From Azolla caroliniana (lineage: Eukaryota > Plantae > Polypodiophyta): a stretch of DNA of 64,000 bases. The DNA is taken from the NCBI GenBank assembly GCA_043228905.1, contig JBHGNT010000003.1:19654001-19718000 (forward strand), read 5' to 3'. Positions 51,880 through 64,000 of this stretch are shown piece after piece. The stretch's first letter is position 1. Each line of letters begins with the position of its first letter. The notes beneath the pieces were generated by a model. The model worked only from the letters and a program-made list of their open reading frames with translations, was not told the DNA's origin and did no database searches. The translations under genes were made by a program, and so were the position numbers.

Positions 51880-53239
51880 AGCCGGTCTAAATCCGGGTAT
51901 GTGATGACATATGCAGGGGGAGCTGTTTCGTGGCAGTCGAGGCTGCAGAAGACGGTTGCATTGTCAACCACGGAGGCGGAGTACATGGCAGCTGTGGAAG
52001 CCGGCAAGGAAATATTATGGATGAAGGACTTCATCGGAGAGCTTGGTATCCGGCAAGAGGAATACCGACTCTACTGCGACAGTCAAAGTGCCATCCACCT
52101 TGCTAAGAATGCGGCCTACCATTCCCGGACGAAATATATCCAGCGTAGGTATCACTGGATCCGGGAAAGAGTAGATGACCAGGAGTTCGCACTGACGAAG
52201 ATCCACACGGTAGAGAACAGGTCAGATATGCTGACCAAAGTGCTGACACCCGACAAGCTGGATGCATGCCGGAAGATAATCGGACTGGTAGGACACCCCA
52301 CGCCGGAGTGAAGGGGGAGTTTGTTGGGAGACAGGTCCCTCCAGATGGGAAGGGAGAAGATCAGTGCCGATGAACAAACTCGGCCGAGGCCGAAGACCGG
52401 ATGAGGTGGACCCGGCCACGGAGAGCCGAATGATGCAGACCCGGTGAAGACCGGATGAGGAGTACCTGGCTACGGAGAGCCGGATGATGCAAACCCGGTG
52501 AAGACCGGATGAGGAGTACCTGGCTACGAAGAGCCGGATGATACATACCCGGTGTGAACCGGATGAGGAGTACCCGGCTACGGAGAGCCGGATGGTACAG
52601 GCCCGGTATGAACCGGATGAGGAGTACTCGGCTACGGAGAGCCGGATGATACATACCCGGTGTGAACCGGATGAGGAGTACCCGGCTACGGAGAGCCGGA
52701 TGGTGCAGGCCCGGTATCAACCGGATGAGGAGTACTCGGCTACGGAGAGCCGGATGGTGCAGGCCCGGTATGAACCGGATGAGGAGACATATTCGTAAAT
52801 ATGTTTCTGAGAGCCTATCGAGGCTACATTTGTAAATAGCCGAAAAGTCATATTAGTATAAATATGACTTAGGGCAAAACTTTTAGTTACTGTTGTTGTC
52901 ATTCTTCCTTGTTGGTGCAAGAAGAAGAGAGAGTGTGTAACTGTACAGAGAGAGAGAGAGAGAGACGAGGTCGTTGCCTCTGTTGTAACCGCCGCCTGTG
53001 GCGAAGATCTGTGAGCACGAGGTTGTTGCCTCAGTGAACTCACTGCTGTATATTCCTACATAGTGACAGTTTGCAGCCTGTGGGCTGCCGTGGTTTTTCC
53101 CCTAGTTTGGGGTTTTCCACGTAAACCTCCTGTGTATTCTCTCCTTCTTTGTGTCGTGTTCTATTTCCCGTTTTCTGTGTATGAAAAGAATCTCGGTTGT
53201 GGCCGAGCGTTGCGCATAAGGAACCTTGCGTTCTCGACA
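51880..53239 (+). mobile_element. 3' end of a Ty1/copia element: RNase H, PPT and 3' LTR (52322-53239)
   Basis: SGYVMTYAGGAVSWQSRLQKTVALSTTEAEYMA...YCDSQSAIHLAKN; PPT gaagggggag just before 52321; LTR tgttggg...ctcgaca. Confidence 0.9.
52397..52790. repeat. 54-bp tandem repeat, ~7 copies, inside LTR
   Basis: ccggatgagg recurs at 52397, 52451, 52505, 52559, 52613, 52667, 52721 and 52775. Confidence 0.95.
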
Positions 53240-54532
53240 CCCGAGTCAACAAATCATAATATGTTATTTGAGGCGGAGGTGCTAGTTGAGGCTTGCGCTG
53301 ACATCGAGTGTGCTTCGTGCCTCATCACAAACATTTTTCCACGGTCGCCGTAGTCGGAATTCGTGGCTGTAAGTTGTAAACATTCCGCTACAATCATCGT
53401 AGTCGAAATTCGATGCGTAATTCATGGACATTCCACTACAATTGTCGTAGTCGGAATTCGATGCGTACTTCGTCTGTTGTCGGCTAGTTGAAGCCGAGTC
53501 TCATACCTTTTTCCGGCACTCCTCTTCATAGTGGTTGTGTTTTCCACAGTACCCGCATTCGATCGGGTTGTTATGATAGCTCGGTCCGGCGTGATGACTC
53601 CCCCTTCTGCCGAACTCTCTCGGACCGTTCCTGTCCGCATGCCATTGGTGGGGGTTACGCTCTTGAGTCTGCCGACCATTTCAGCCTTGTTCGAATCATT
53701 TGACTGGTTGAAATTTCTTCTATCATTTGACTGGGAGTGGAGCATATGACCTCTGGTGCGTTGCTCCTTTGTCGGGCGTGATTTTCCTCAACCAACAATA
53801 TTGATTGGAGATCGAAAAATGAAAGAGGGTTCTCCCTTGCAAGGATGGCCGATCTAATCAAGACAAATCGGGGTGCTAAGCCATTGAGGCATATTTGCAC
53901 CATCTCGTCATCATCGATTACGACATTAATCGAACCGAGGGTATCACACAGCTCCTTGATCTTTAAGGTATAGCCCGTGATCAACATGTCCCTCTGTTGC
54001 ATGTTGTTTAGCTCATGTCGAAGTTGGAGCTTTCATGCCACCGTGTTGGCCGCAAAAATCTTTTTGAGGTTTCCCCAAGCTTCTTTCGGTGTTTTCGAGT
54101 CTCGAATATAGCCAAGCATATAATCATGAATGCATTATGCAAGGCAATACAACACACGGCTTGCGGCCTGCTCCCAGCGGGATAGTCGGCGTGTGTTGGG
54201 TTGGTTTGAGTTTCATGAGCTCCTTCAATGTAGGTCTTGTAACCTTATCCGACAATGTATTGATGCATCTTTTATTCCCAAAATGCGAAGTTCGTTCTAT
54301 CTAGCTTCTTGGTAGGAAGACCGTTTCCCATCTGAGTGGTCATTATGTCAATTTCTTCTTTGTTGATGAGCCGGTTCTGTTGATCATCGGCGTGTACCAC
54401 AACACAGTTGAATAGATTAGATTAAGCAACCACATGCTCTGATACCATGTAAATAAATGGAGCTGGTGGTGTAATGCAACGGAAGATAATTGAGTGTGTG
54501 TGTGTGTGTGTGTGTGTGTATGCACGTAAGGC

Positions 54533-54569
<37 letters not shown>

Positions 54570-54757
54570 AGAAAGAGATAAAAGATTCTATGTTACATTA
54601 ACCAAAATACTTCAGAGTAACTAAGTTACAAGGGGTTGGTTTAAATACCAACTAAACTAGGGCAAGTGCCCTTTCTACTATTTACAAAACTAGCCTAGTA
54701 TGACCATGAGCTAGTGTGAAACCTATTACTATGGGAGGTTGAGTTCGACTCTCAACA
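53240..54757 (-). mobile_element. 5' part of a Ty1/copia element: LTR 54448-54757, PBS, gag, start of protease
   Basis: PBS gctctgatacca 54436-54447; gag IKELCDTLGSINV..DEMVQICL; zinc knuckle; the frame ends at FVDSG at 53240. Confidence 0.88.
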
Positions 54758-54759
54758 AT

Positions 54760-55760
54760 GTATAAGTATACTTAGGACAAACGTTATGTGTTGGTAGAAC
54801 GTAACATAACAAAAGGTTGTAGTGTGTAACCGTGTGTGTGTGTGTGTAGTTGAGAGGGAGAGAGTGCGTGAGTAAGCGGCGCCATAGCTGTGTAATAGCA
54901 AACGCTAAGAGCCCTGTGAGGCTGATACACTCTTTACAGAAGAGTGTTGTAACTTGGTCAGTTTTGTATCTTCTTTGACATAGTGGAATCTTTGTTTCCT
55001 GCGGTTTTTTCTATTTTGGGTTTCCACGTAAAACTATGTATTTTTCTGTCTACTACATAGTTTTCGGTTTCTGCGTTGTATATTTCGGTTGATCATTCTC
55101 ATAGATCTACAATCCAACCTCCAACATAATCCATCTAATGTGTGTAGCTTAGTCATACCATCATGTGTCTTGTACAATTCTTTCAATTCTGCCCATATTA
55201 CAATAGTTGTGGCGAGTCTTTGGATAATGTCTGCTTGCTTGTCATCTATGTGTAGTAGAATTTCTAAGCGTGCCATTTTATCTCAAGCCTTCTATGTTTT
55301 CCATTCTTCTAATGTTTTATCTATTGATTCTTCGAAGGCAGCATCCACAACCTCAATATCTAATACCAATTCTATCTTCAACTTTCAGGTTTAAAAAAAT
55401 CTCTGTTAACTTATTTGAGACATGTTTCCTACTAGATGTAGTCATATTGACCGTGGATAGCTCTAATTGTGCAGGGATTATGACTAGCAATTTAGAGATA
55501 TAAGGGTCAAGAGGATAAAGCTTAGGGTTTTCATCAAACTCTGCTTTTATACCATGTACGGATTATAACTTCGAAAGGAGATGAAGACAGAGGTAAGAGA
55601 TTATAAAATAGATATTAGAATTAACTCATAAACTTGTAAATGTATTCTTCGATGTACTCACTTACAAATATGTGGTACTATAGTAATTTAAATACAACTA
55701 AAATGTGAATGTTACAAATGTAACACTCACTCCTATTTTGAGATAATGCTTCCTAACCAT
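54760..55760. mobile_element. LTR fragment (+, ~54760-55094) abutting another decayed copia 5' end (-)
   Basis: U5-like gggtttccacgtaaa motif shared with 53110; decayed gag 55095-55400; PBS-like gcttttatacca 55543-55554 followed by TG. Confidence 0.55.
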
Positions 55761-55915
55761 TTAGTTTCTATTTAAAATTACAGTTATTTTCAATAGTTTG
55801 ATCTAGTGATCCAAAAACACACATGGAAACAGTTGAGATACACTCATCCTATTGTATATAGAGGCTGCTTTAGATAGGAACTTGTAAGAAATAAGGATGA
55901 TGCACTTAGCATTAG

Positions 55916-56154
55916 TGTTTTACGGCCAACAAGGAGTGTGGGTCAGTACACCGCTCGAATACGGAGCATGCCCACTCTCGATAGCAATGCCCCCACCCCC
56001 GAAACCATTACTATCATGATCAAGAGTTCCGGGGAGGTCACCCATCCCAGTACTGTTCTAGCTCAAGTACGCTTAACTAGCAATGCTTGAAGTATCCAAA
56101 CAACCACAAAACTCATGGCATGTGAGTTGCCAAGATAGGGAGGAATGTGCTACA
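55916..56154 (-). mobile_element. Cassandra-like TRIM solo LTR carrying a 5S rRNA core (56020-56078)
   Basis: Minus strand AGTTAAGCGTACTTGAGCTAGAACAGTACTGGGATGGGTGACCTCCCCGGAA matches the 5S A-box/IE/C-box region, inside a ~240-bp TG...CA unit. TSD not clean. Confidence 0.75.
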
Positions 56155-56167
56155 CATTGATCCCCAG

Positions 56168-56230
56168 TGTAAAGAAATGGAGTTGCTGGTATAATGCAGC
56201 AGAAGATGATTGTGTGTGTGTGTTTACAAC

Positions 56231-56285
<55 letters not shown>

Positions 56286-59200
56286 CTTAACAAGAAAACT
56301 GTATATTACTTCCAACAGTAACAAGGTTACAAAGGGTTGGTTTAAATACCAACTAAACTAGGGCAAGGGCCCTTTCTACTATTTACAAAACTAGCATGCT
56401 ATGTCCATGAGCTAGTGTGAAACCTATTTCTATGGGAAGTTGAGTTCGACTCTCAACACGCCCCTTCGAACACAACTTCTATCTATCGAAAGTTTGTTCG
56501 GTTCGTACTTCGACTCGTCTCGTCAGCTATGATCAACTGTGTATTACATACTTGCATATCGTGTGTACGTTGTTCGGTTCACTATTCTGTACTCCCCCTC
56601 AAGCTCGGCTAGTCGGGAAGAGATAGGCCAAGGTTCGACGCGAACTGCCGGAGCTTGTCAATACCAAGGGCTTTCATGAAAATGTCGGCTACCTGTAGGT
56701 GCGTACTGAGATGTTGTAAATCGATATCTCCGGCCTGTACGCGCTCGCAGATGAAATGGTACTGCACTTCGATGTGCTTAGTCCGCGCGTGGAATACAAG
56801 GTTCCGTGCCAGGTAGATACTGCTCATGTTGTCGCAATATAGACGAATTGGATCTTTGGTAATGTAAAAGATTATGTGCGGAAGCAATAGAAAACCAAAC
56901 ACACAGAAAATATGCAGGTTTGATGGAGAGCTTGAGTATACACAATACGCGGGAGAGATGGAGAGAAAACACACAAAAACTCAATTCAAAAAATACTAAC
57001 TCTCTATACATACACCATGCTCAGTGAGCACCTTTTATACAAGTGCTGACAATCGGGCTGCCAGAAGTACTGACAGTACTTGACTACTCATAAATGAGCC
57101 TCGACACTTACTCCCAAAACTATTCCTTACGAGGAATATCTCTCTAACGGCCTTTTGGTTTAGGCACCGATACGGCCTCTCGTTATGCACCGGTTTGTGT
57201 ATCCGTTTTACGCACCAGTCCGGCCTAACCAATCGGTCCCAACCAATCAAGTCCTCGGTTTGCTCAGCCGATCCGGCCGATGTTGAGCTTGTCTCTCAAC
57301 ACTCCCCCTCAAGCTCAAGTTGGGGCTCTTCCGGATCTTCCGGATCACCGCTCCGGTTTCTCCTGGCTCCACGCCTCGCTCGCGCTCCTCGGCCTGTTCG
57401 ACTCCGTGCGCTTCAACCCTTCCGGTCAGCTTGTCTGCTCCCACGGCCCTTCACAGCTCCCTTGATGTCGCGGTGTTTGCACTTCTCCTGCTGCCTTCTT
57501 TTCCGCTTGGCCCTCGGTTGATTCAGTGTATCCGAATCAAATATCCCAACCGACTCGACTACGTCCGATCGATTTTCGCTCTCGTCTGAGTTGGTTGTCT
57601 CCAACTCGTCTTCTGTCTTCTCGCCCTTGACGGCGTCATCTCCCCCATGCGTGGTTGGCTTCGGCTCTTTCTTTCGGCTGCTCCCCTTATGTCCTCTTTT
57701 GGACTCTTCCGTGGATCCGCCCTCGGCTTCATCATCCGACTCGGCGTTATGGTCTTCTCTCCCCCTTCCATGGTTATTCGGGACATCTCTTCCCCTCAAG
57801 TTCGGCACGTCGAGGTGACGCAACCCAAGCGCATCCGAGAATTGCCGCAAATTGCCCAGACCAAGAGGCTTGGTGAAAATGTCGGCGGTTTGCCGACCCG
57901 TCGGAACATACTGAAGTTCGACTTCACCAGAAAGGACACGCTCACGGACAAAATGGTAGTGCACCTCAATGTGCTTGGTCCGTGCGTGGAAAACAGGGTT
58001 CTTCGCGAGCTAGATGTTGCTGAGGTTGTCGCAGTAGATCGTCGTCGGATCGGACGCCTCCTCTTGCAAGTCCTTAAGTAGCCGCTTCAACCATATGGCT
58101 TCACATCTCGCGACAGCCACTCCTCGGTACTCAGCTTCGGTGCTCGACAGTGCAACTGTCGGCTGCTTCTTGCTACTCCACGCGATCGCAGCACTCCCAA
58201 GAGAGAACGCGTATCCGGACATGGATCGGCGATCGGCGGCGTTGCCTGCCCAATCAGCATCGGTGTTGCCGACCAACTGCGAGGTTGTACTGGTCCGATA
58301 TAGCAATCCCCGGTCCTTAGTGCCGCTTACGTACCATAGTACGCGTTGCGCACACTGAAGGTGCTCCTCGGTAGGTCGCGCCATGAACTGACTGATCACC
58401 CCGACCAGATAACTGAGATCGAGTCGGGTGATTGTTAAGTAGATAAGGCTTCCAACAATTTGTCGGAACCTCGTCGGGTTGCATACCTTTCCGGAATTGT
58501 GGCAAAGCTGGACAGTTCTATCCAGAGGAGTCGAGACGGACTTACAGTCGGCCATCCCGCATTTGAAGAGCATACTCAGCACATAATGGCGTTGGTTGAT
58601 CAATATGCCTTCGGGGGTACGGATCACTTTGATCCCGAGGAAGTAATGAAGATCCCCCAGATCCTTCATGTCGAACGATGCCGCAAGTTGGAGCTTCACG
58701 CGGTCGATTTCACCTAGGTCGGCGCCGATGATGGCCAAGTCATCAACATATAGTAAAATACTGACCGGACTGAGTCGACCTTTCCGGATGAACAGGGAAG
58801 AGTTCAATTTTGACGTTGCAAAGCCCATCCGACGCAATTGCTGCGTGATCTTCATGTTCCAGGCATGCTGGGCTTGCTTCAGTCCGTAAAGGGACTTCTT
58901 CAATCGGCACATTGCCGACGTGTTCGTTCCGGAGTGAAATCCAGGGGGTTGTACCATGTACACCTGTTCCTCAAGCTCACCTTGGAGGAACATATTCTTT
59001 ACATCCATCTGATGTAAGTGTCACCCCTTTGTCGCAGCTACCGCGAGCAAACATCTCATCGTAGTCGATGCCGTGTTTCTGCGCGTAGCCTTTCGCCACT
59101 AACCGGGCCTTGTATCGGTTGATCGAGCCGTCGGTGTTGTACTTGACTTTGTACACCCACCTACATCCGATTGGCTTCACACCCGTTGGTGCGTCAACTA

Positions 59201-62200
59201 GGTACCGGGTCTCGTTTCCCGCCAATGCATGCATCTCTTCCTCCATCGCGGCGCGCCAATTCGCGTCCTTAGCCGCTTCTACGTAGCTCTCCGGCTCACG
59301 CACTTCCGCTACACGGGTCATGTACGCATAATGATGCGCCATGTAGTCGTTGTATCCGAACCGCACAACTGGGTTCTTCTGGCGGGTAGATCGGCGTAAT
59401 CGGTCATTAGCCGATGTCGAGGTCTTCTCGGCCCACACGGACTTCTCTCTTGAAGACCCGTCAGCGCTTCCCTCAGAGTCGGACTCGTGTCGGTTTGACT
59501 CGTTCCTATCCATGCCAGAATCCGACACCTTCTTCTTCCCTTTCTCTTTGCGCGTAAGCCATCTCCTCGGCTTCCTGCGCGGGGAATGCACGGCTGAGTC
59601 TCCACTACTCGCTAGCTCTTCATCAGACTGGTCGAACCGACTCAGTCGTCCATTCGGTCCGCTTAACCGAAACGAAATCGGACTCTCTTTGTTGGTCCCG
59701 ATTTCAGGCTCATCCGGAGGCATCTCAGTCTCGCTGACGTCATCGTCAGAGCTCGGATTGGAGTTGAGATCCGGAGTCGGAGGCAAGTACCAGGACACGG
59801 ACTCATCAAACACAACGTCGCGGCTCACTCGCGCTTGTTTGGTGCGCGGGTTATAACTCTTATAACCCTTTTGCTCGTCCGAGTAACCGACTAAGATACA
59901 TTTCTCGGCCTTTGCGTCTAGCTCTCTCCGTTTCTCCTTCGGCATATGCACATACGCAATGCTACTGAAAACTCATAAGTGTCGCAAGTTCGGCTTTGTT
60001 CCAAAATATAGCTCGTGCGCCGACGCTTTGTCTCCGATCCAGTTCTGGATGTATACCGCGGTCCTTACCACCTCGGCCCAGTAGAACTTGGTCAAGCTTT
60101 TCTCCTCCAACATTGCTCGTGCCGCTTCCACAACTGACTGATTTTTCCTCTCGGCCATGTCGTTTTACTCTGGCATGTATCTACAACTGAATTCGCGCCG
60201 AATTCCCATCTGTTGTAGATAGCTGTTGAATTGACCGGAAAAGTACTCTTTTCCGCCATCCGACCGCAAGCACTTGATCTTTCTTCCTGTTTCCGTTTCC
60301 ACGAACCCTTTGAGGTCCCGGAAGCAGTCGAAGACTTCGCTCTTCCTCTCAATGAGGTAGATCCACGTGTGCCGCGTGTAGTCGTCGATGAAGGAGACGA
60401 AATATCGGCTCCTGCCAAGACTAACGTTTTGTGTCGGCCCCCACACATCGGAGTGTATCAAGTCGAACTCGTTCCGGCTCCGGTTACGCTCGTTGGGGAA
60501 GGGAATTCGGTGTTGCTTCCCAAGCTAGCAGGCTTCACAAATTTGTGCCTTTCGGCCACCAAATTTGGGCAATCCGAACACCACCTGTTTCGATTGCAGG
60601 TCCTGAAGCCGTTGGTAATTGACGTGGCCTATCCACTTGTGCCATAAGTCGATGTCCGACTCGACTCCCTCCGCGAACATTGTGGTGCCACCGTCAGTAG
60701 AGTCGACAATGAACATCCTCCCGTGTCTGCGCCTTTGCGCAATAACTCGGTCTTCTTCCTCAATGAAGCACCCGAGATGCATGAACCGGACTTGGATCCC
60801 CTGGTCGACGATCTGCCCGACCGACACCAGATTCTTCGTGATTGTTGGGACGTGTAGCACGTTCATAAGTTTCCCTTTCTGTCCGACATGGCTCAAGGGA
60901 ACTTCACCAACATTTGCGATCGGATGCGGAGTGTCGTCTCTGGTTGCGACTACTCCTGGTTGCGTCGGTTTCTCAAGGTATGAGAACCACTCCTCGTGGC
61001 ACGTCATGTGGTTTGACGCGCCGGAGTCGACGTACCACACCTCCTTTGACTTTGGGGTGAACTTCTTCATTGAGTTTGCTTCATGTCTCATCACGAAGAC
61101 TGACCCTTTTCCGGCTTCTCCAGATCCTTCGGCGTAGTGCAATCGTTGCCGATTTCCTTTGTCGATCTGTCTGGAACCTGTTCCGGACCTGGTTCTCTCC
61201 AAATCGGCACGCTTTTTCCAACACTCGCTCTCCCTGTGGCCTTTCTTGCCACAGTACCAGCATTCCACGGTGGATTTCCCTTGCCGGTTCTCGTCGCCTC
61301 GATTCCCCCTGTTTCCGGAGGGTCCGGAATTGCTGTCGGCATCACTTCGGTGCCTTCTTCCTTGATCCCGTCGGCCGCCTCCATTGCGTACCGACTCGCC
61401 TCATCCGCCATGACCACGGGGCCTATTTCTCTCCATGTACAGCATCTTGTTGTCGGTATGCGTGCTTGTTGACGCACCAGCGTGGTTCTCCTCTATAAGG
61501 ACCATCGACCGTAAGTCGAAAAACGACAGCGTATTCTCCCATGTACACACAGCAGTTCGGAACGCTCCGAACTTTGACGCCAAACCCCCAAGACAGACAT
61601 GGACCATCTCTCTTTCCTCGATGTTCACATCGATGGAAGCTAAGGAGTCGCATATGTCCTTGATCTTCGAGGTATAGTCAGCCGCCAACAAAACGCGTTG
61701 TCCTAGGTTGCTTGACTCTTGTTGGAGCTGAAGCTTCCTGGCTGTGGTGCTCGCGGCGAAGATCTTCTTCAGATTTTCCCACGCACCCTTCGGCGTTTTT
61801 GCATCCCAAACGTAGCTTAATAGTTGTTTGCCCACACAAGACGCGAAACAGTACAACACTCTGCTCGCCGATTGTTCCCACGCCGGGAAGTTTTTGTGTG
61901 TCGAATCGGGTGCTATGTCATTTGCTCCATCGATATAGCTCCAGTAACCGTGTCTGAGCAGGTACTGGTGCATCTTGTAAGACCAAGACGCGTAGTTGTT
62001 TCTATCGAGCTTCTCCGTCAGAAGCGAGCTAGCCATGCCTCTATCCATCGGTTTTGCCTGTTCTTCTTGGTTGGTTTCTCTTTCAAGCTATGTCGGCTGC
62101 AGAGGTTCTCAACCCTCGCGCTCTGATACCATGTAAAAGATTATGTGCGGAAGCAATAGAAAACCAAACACACAGAAAATACGCAGGTTTAATGGAGAGC

Positions 62201-63826
62201 TTGAGTATACACAGTACGCGGGAGAGATAGAGAGAGAACACACAAAAAACTCAATTCAAAAAATACTAACTCTCTGTACATACATCGTGCTCAGTGAGCA
62301 CCTTTTATACAAGCCCTGACAATCGGGCTCACACAAGTACTGACAGTACTTGACTACTCATAAATGAGCCTCGACACTTACTCCTAAAACCATTCCTTAT
62401 GAGGAATATCTCTCTAACGGCCTTTCGGTTTATGCTCGATACGGCCTCTCGTTACGCACCGGTTTGTGTATCAATTTTACGCACCGGTCCGGCCTAACCA
62501 ATCGGTCCCAACCGATCCAGTGCTCGGCTTGCTCAGCCGATCCGGCCGATGTTGAGCTTGTCTCTCAACAAATAAGTATGCCCAACTCCTTCGGTATACG
62601 CTTGAGCCATACGGCTTCGCATGCGACGACTATCGCACCCCTGTATTTGGCTTCCATGCTCGACAGTGCGACTGTCGATTGCTTCTTACTGCTCCAAGAG
62701 ATCACTCCGCTACCAAGAGAGAAGACGAATCCGGATGTGGATCGTCTATCGGCTTTGTATCCTGCCCAGTTTGCGTCTGTGTACCCTTCGGGTCGAATGA
62801 TCGTATTCGACTTATACATAATGTTGTAATCCATCGTCTTGCTAACATACCAAAGTATCCACATAGCGCAATCCAGATGAAGATTTCGTGGATTTTGTAT
62901 AAATTGACTAAGCAGGCCGACCGAATAATTCAGGTCAGGTCGTGTGATGGTTAGATAAATTAAGCTACCGATCAGTTGACGATACTGAGTCGGCTCGTTC
63001 TCGGTCGTGCCAGAGTTAGCATCGATCTTGAAATTACGATCGAGAGGGGTAGACACTGGTTTGCACTCCGTCATTCCGAACTTGTAGAGTAAGTTGAAGA
63101 CGTTGTGCCGTTGTGATATCATTATTCCGACTGGTGTTCGAATTACTTCAATGCCTAGGAAGTAATGGAGCTCGTGCAGATCTTTCATTTCGAATCTACC
63201 GGAAAGAAGTGATTTGACCTTGTTAATCTCGGCTAGATCTTTTCCTCCGATGACCAAATCATCCGCGTAAAGGATGATGACAATCGGGCTATCCGACTCG
63301 TTTCAGATGTACAGAGAAGTATCTGATTTTCACATTTGAAATCCGATCTAATGAAGATACTGCGTGAACTACGACGGCCACACACGTGGTGCTTGTTTGA
63401 GGCCAGAGAGAGGCTTCTTGAGTCGGCACACGGCGTTCGGATGACTGCGCGATTCCAAACTGGGTGGTTGGATCATGTACACCTCTTCCAGTTCGCCTTG
63501 AAGAAAGGCGTTCTTGACGTCTATCTGGTGGAGGTGCCAACCTTTTGCTGACGCAATGGCAATTACGGTCCGCACAGTTGTCATCTCTGCCACCGGCGCA
63601 AAGGTCTCTTCGTAGTCGACGTCGTGCATTCGCGCGTATCCTTTCGCAACGAGCCGTGCTTTAAAGCGATTTACAGAACCATCAGCGTTATACTTCACCT
63701 TGTAGATCCATCTGCAACCTATCACCTTATTGTGCATTGATTGGGGAACGAGATCCCATGTCTTGTTCTTGGAGAGTGCTTGCATCTCCTCATTCATCGC
63801 TTCAACCCATCTGGGGTCCTTCATGG
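56168..63826 (-). mobile_element. Host Ty1/copia element (3' LTR 56168-56458, RT-RNase H), split by a nested copia
   Basis: LTR is homologous to 54448-54757. RNase H 56609-56862 continues at 62571; RT runs to ~63826. Confidence 0.9.
56863..62570 (-). mobile_element. Full-length nested Ty1/copia element, same lineage as 16134-21923 but older
   Basis: LTRs 56863-57301 and 62132-62570 show ~25-30 differences by eye. PBS 62120-62131; PPT 57302-57318; degraded TSD ggtaa/aataa. gag from 62048, then PR, IN, RT and RH with stops and frameshifts. Confidence 0.96.
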
Positions 63827-64000
63827 TGTCGCGAAGTTTCGTGCATGCGTGGAGAAAGGCGGGACCACGGGGATCTTGGACTAGGGAGTGACGGAGCGTA
63901 GGAAATCGTGCTTCACCATTTCCAGAGCATCCCAGAAGCACACCAGAAGCAACCGAAGGGAGAGAGAGAGAGTAGGCATGCAATATTGACTCTCGCACAC
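63827..64000 (-). mobile_element. 3' end of an LTR related to the tRNA-Trp gypsy-like element, inserted in the host copia
   Basis: Reverse complement ...gtccaagatccccgtggtcccgc...cttcgcgaca matches the LTR ends at 13185 and 22314. Confidence 0.75.

Noticed and set aside
54448-56458. Two similar LTRs (54448-54757 and 56168-56458) as one TRIM-like element
   Set aside because: The PBS lies left of the first and the PPT right of the second, so they belong to two different minus-strand elements.

Overview
Repeat-dense nuclear DNA from a land plant; a fern or other large-genome non-seed plant is suggested by overall style only. Recognisable host genes: a LONELY GUY (LOG) cytokinin-activating gene (+, first exon outside the window), an 11-exon CYP65/PUB49 U-box cyclophilin (-), a single-exon DUF248-type SAM methyltransferase (-) and a decayed PPR gene. 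A 56-codon Lys/Gly/Ala-rich gene candidate (39445-39615, MSGKGK...) falls below the ORF-track cutoff but has a TATA-like tract and a candidate 5'UTR intron. Most of the rest is nested retroelements. These are two full-length Ty1/copia copies of one lineage whose Pol frame reads through the first polypurine tract into a long charged tail, an internally deleted derivative, a gag-only tRNA-Trp-primed element, solo LTRs, and L1-like and RTE-like LINEs. Three captured fragments absent from the ORF track were also seen: a plastid psbA piece (~4072-4247), a 25S rDNA relic (~30075-30395) and a 5S-rRNA-containing Cassandra-like LTR (~55916-56154). There is a 100-N gap at 49301-49400. All coordinates and identities were read by eye; no searches were run.
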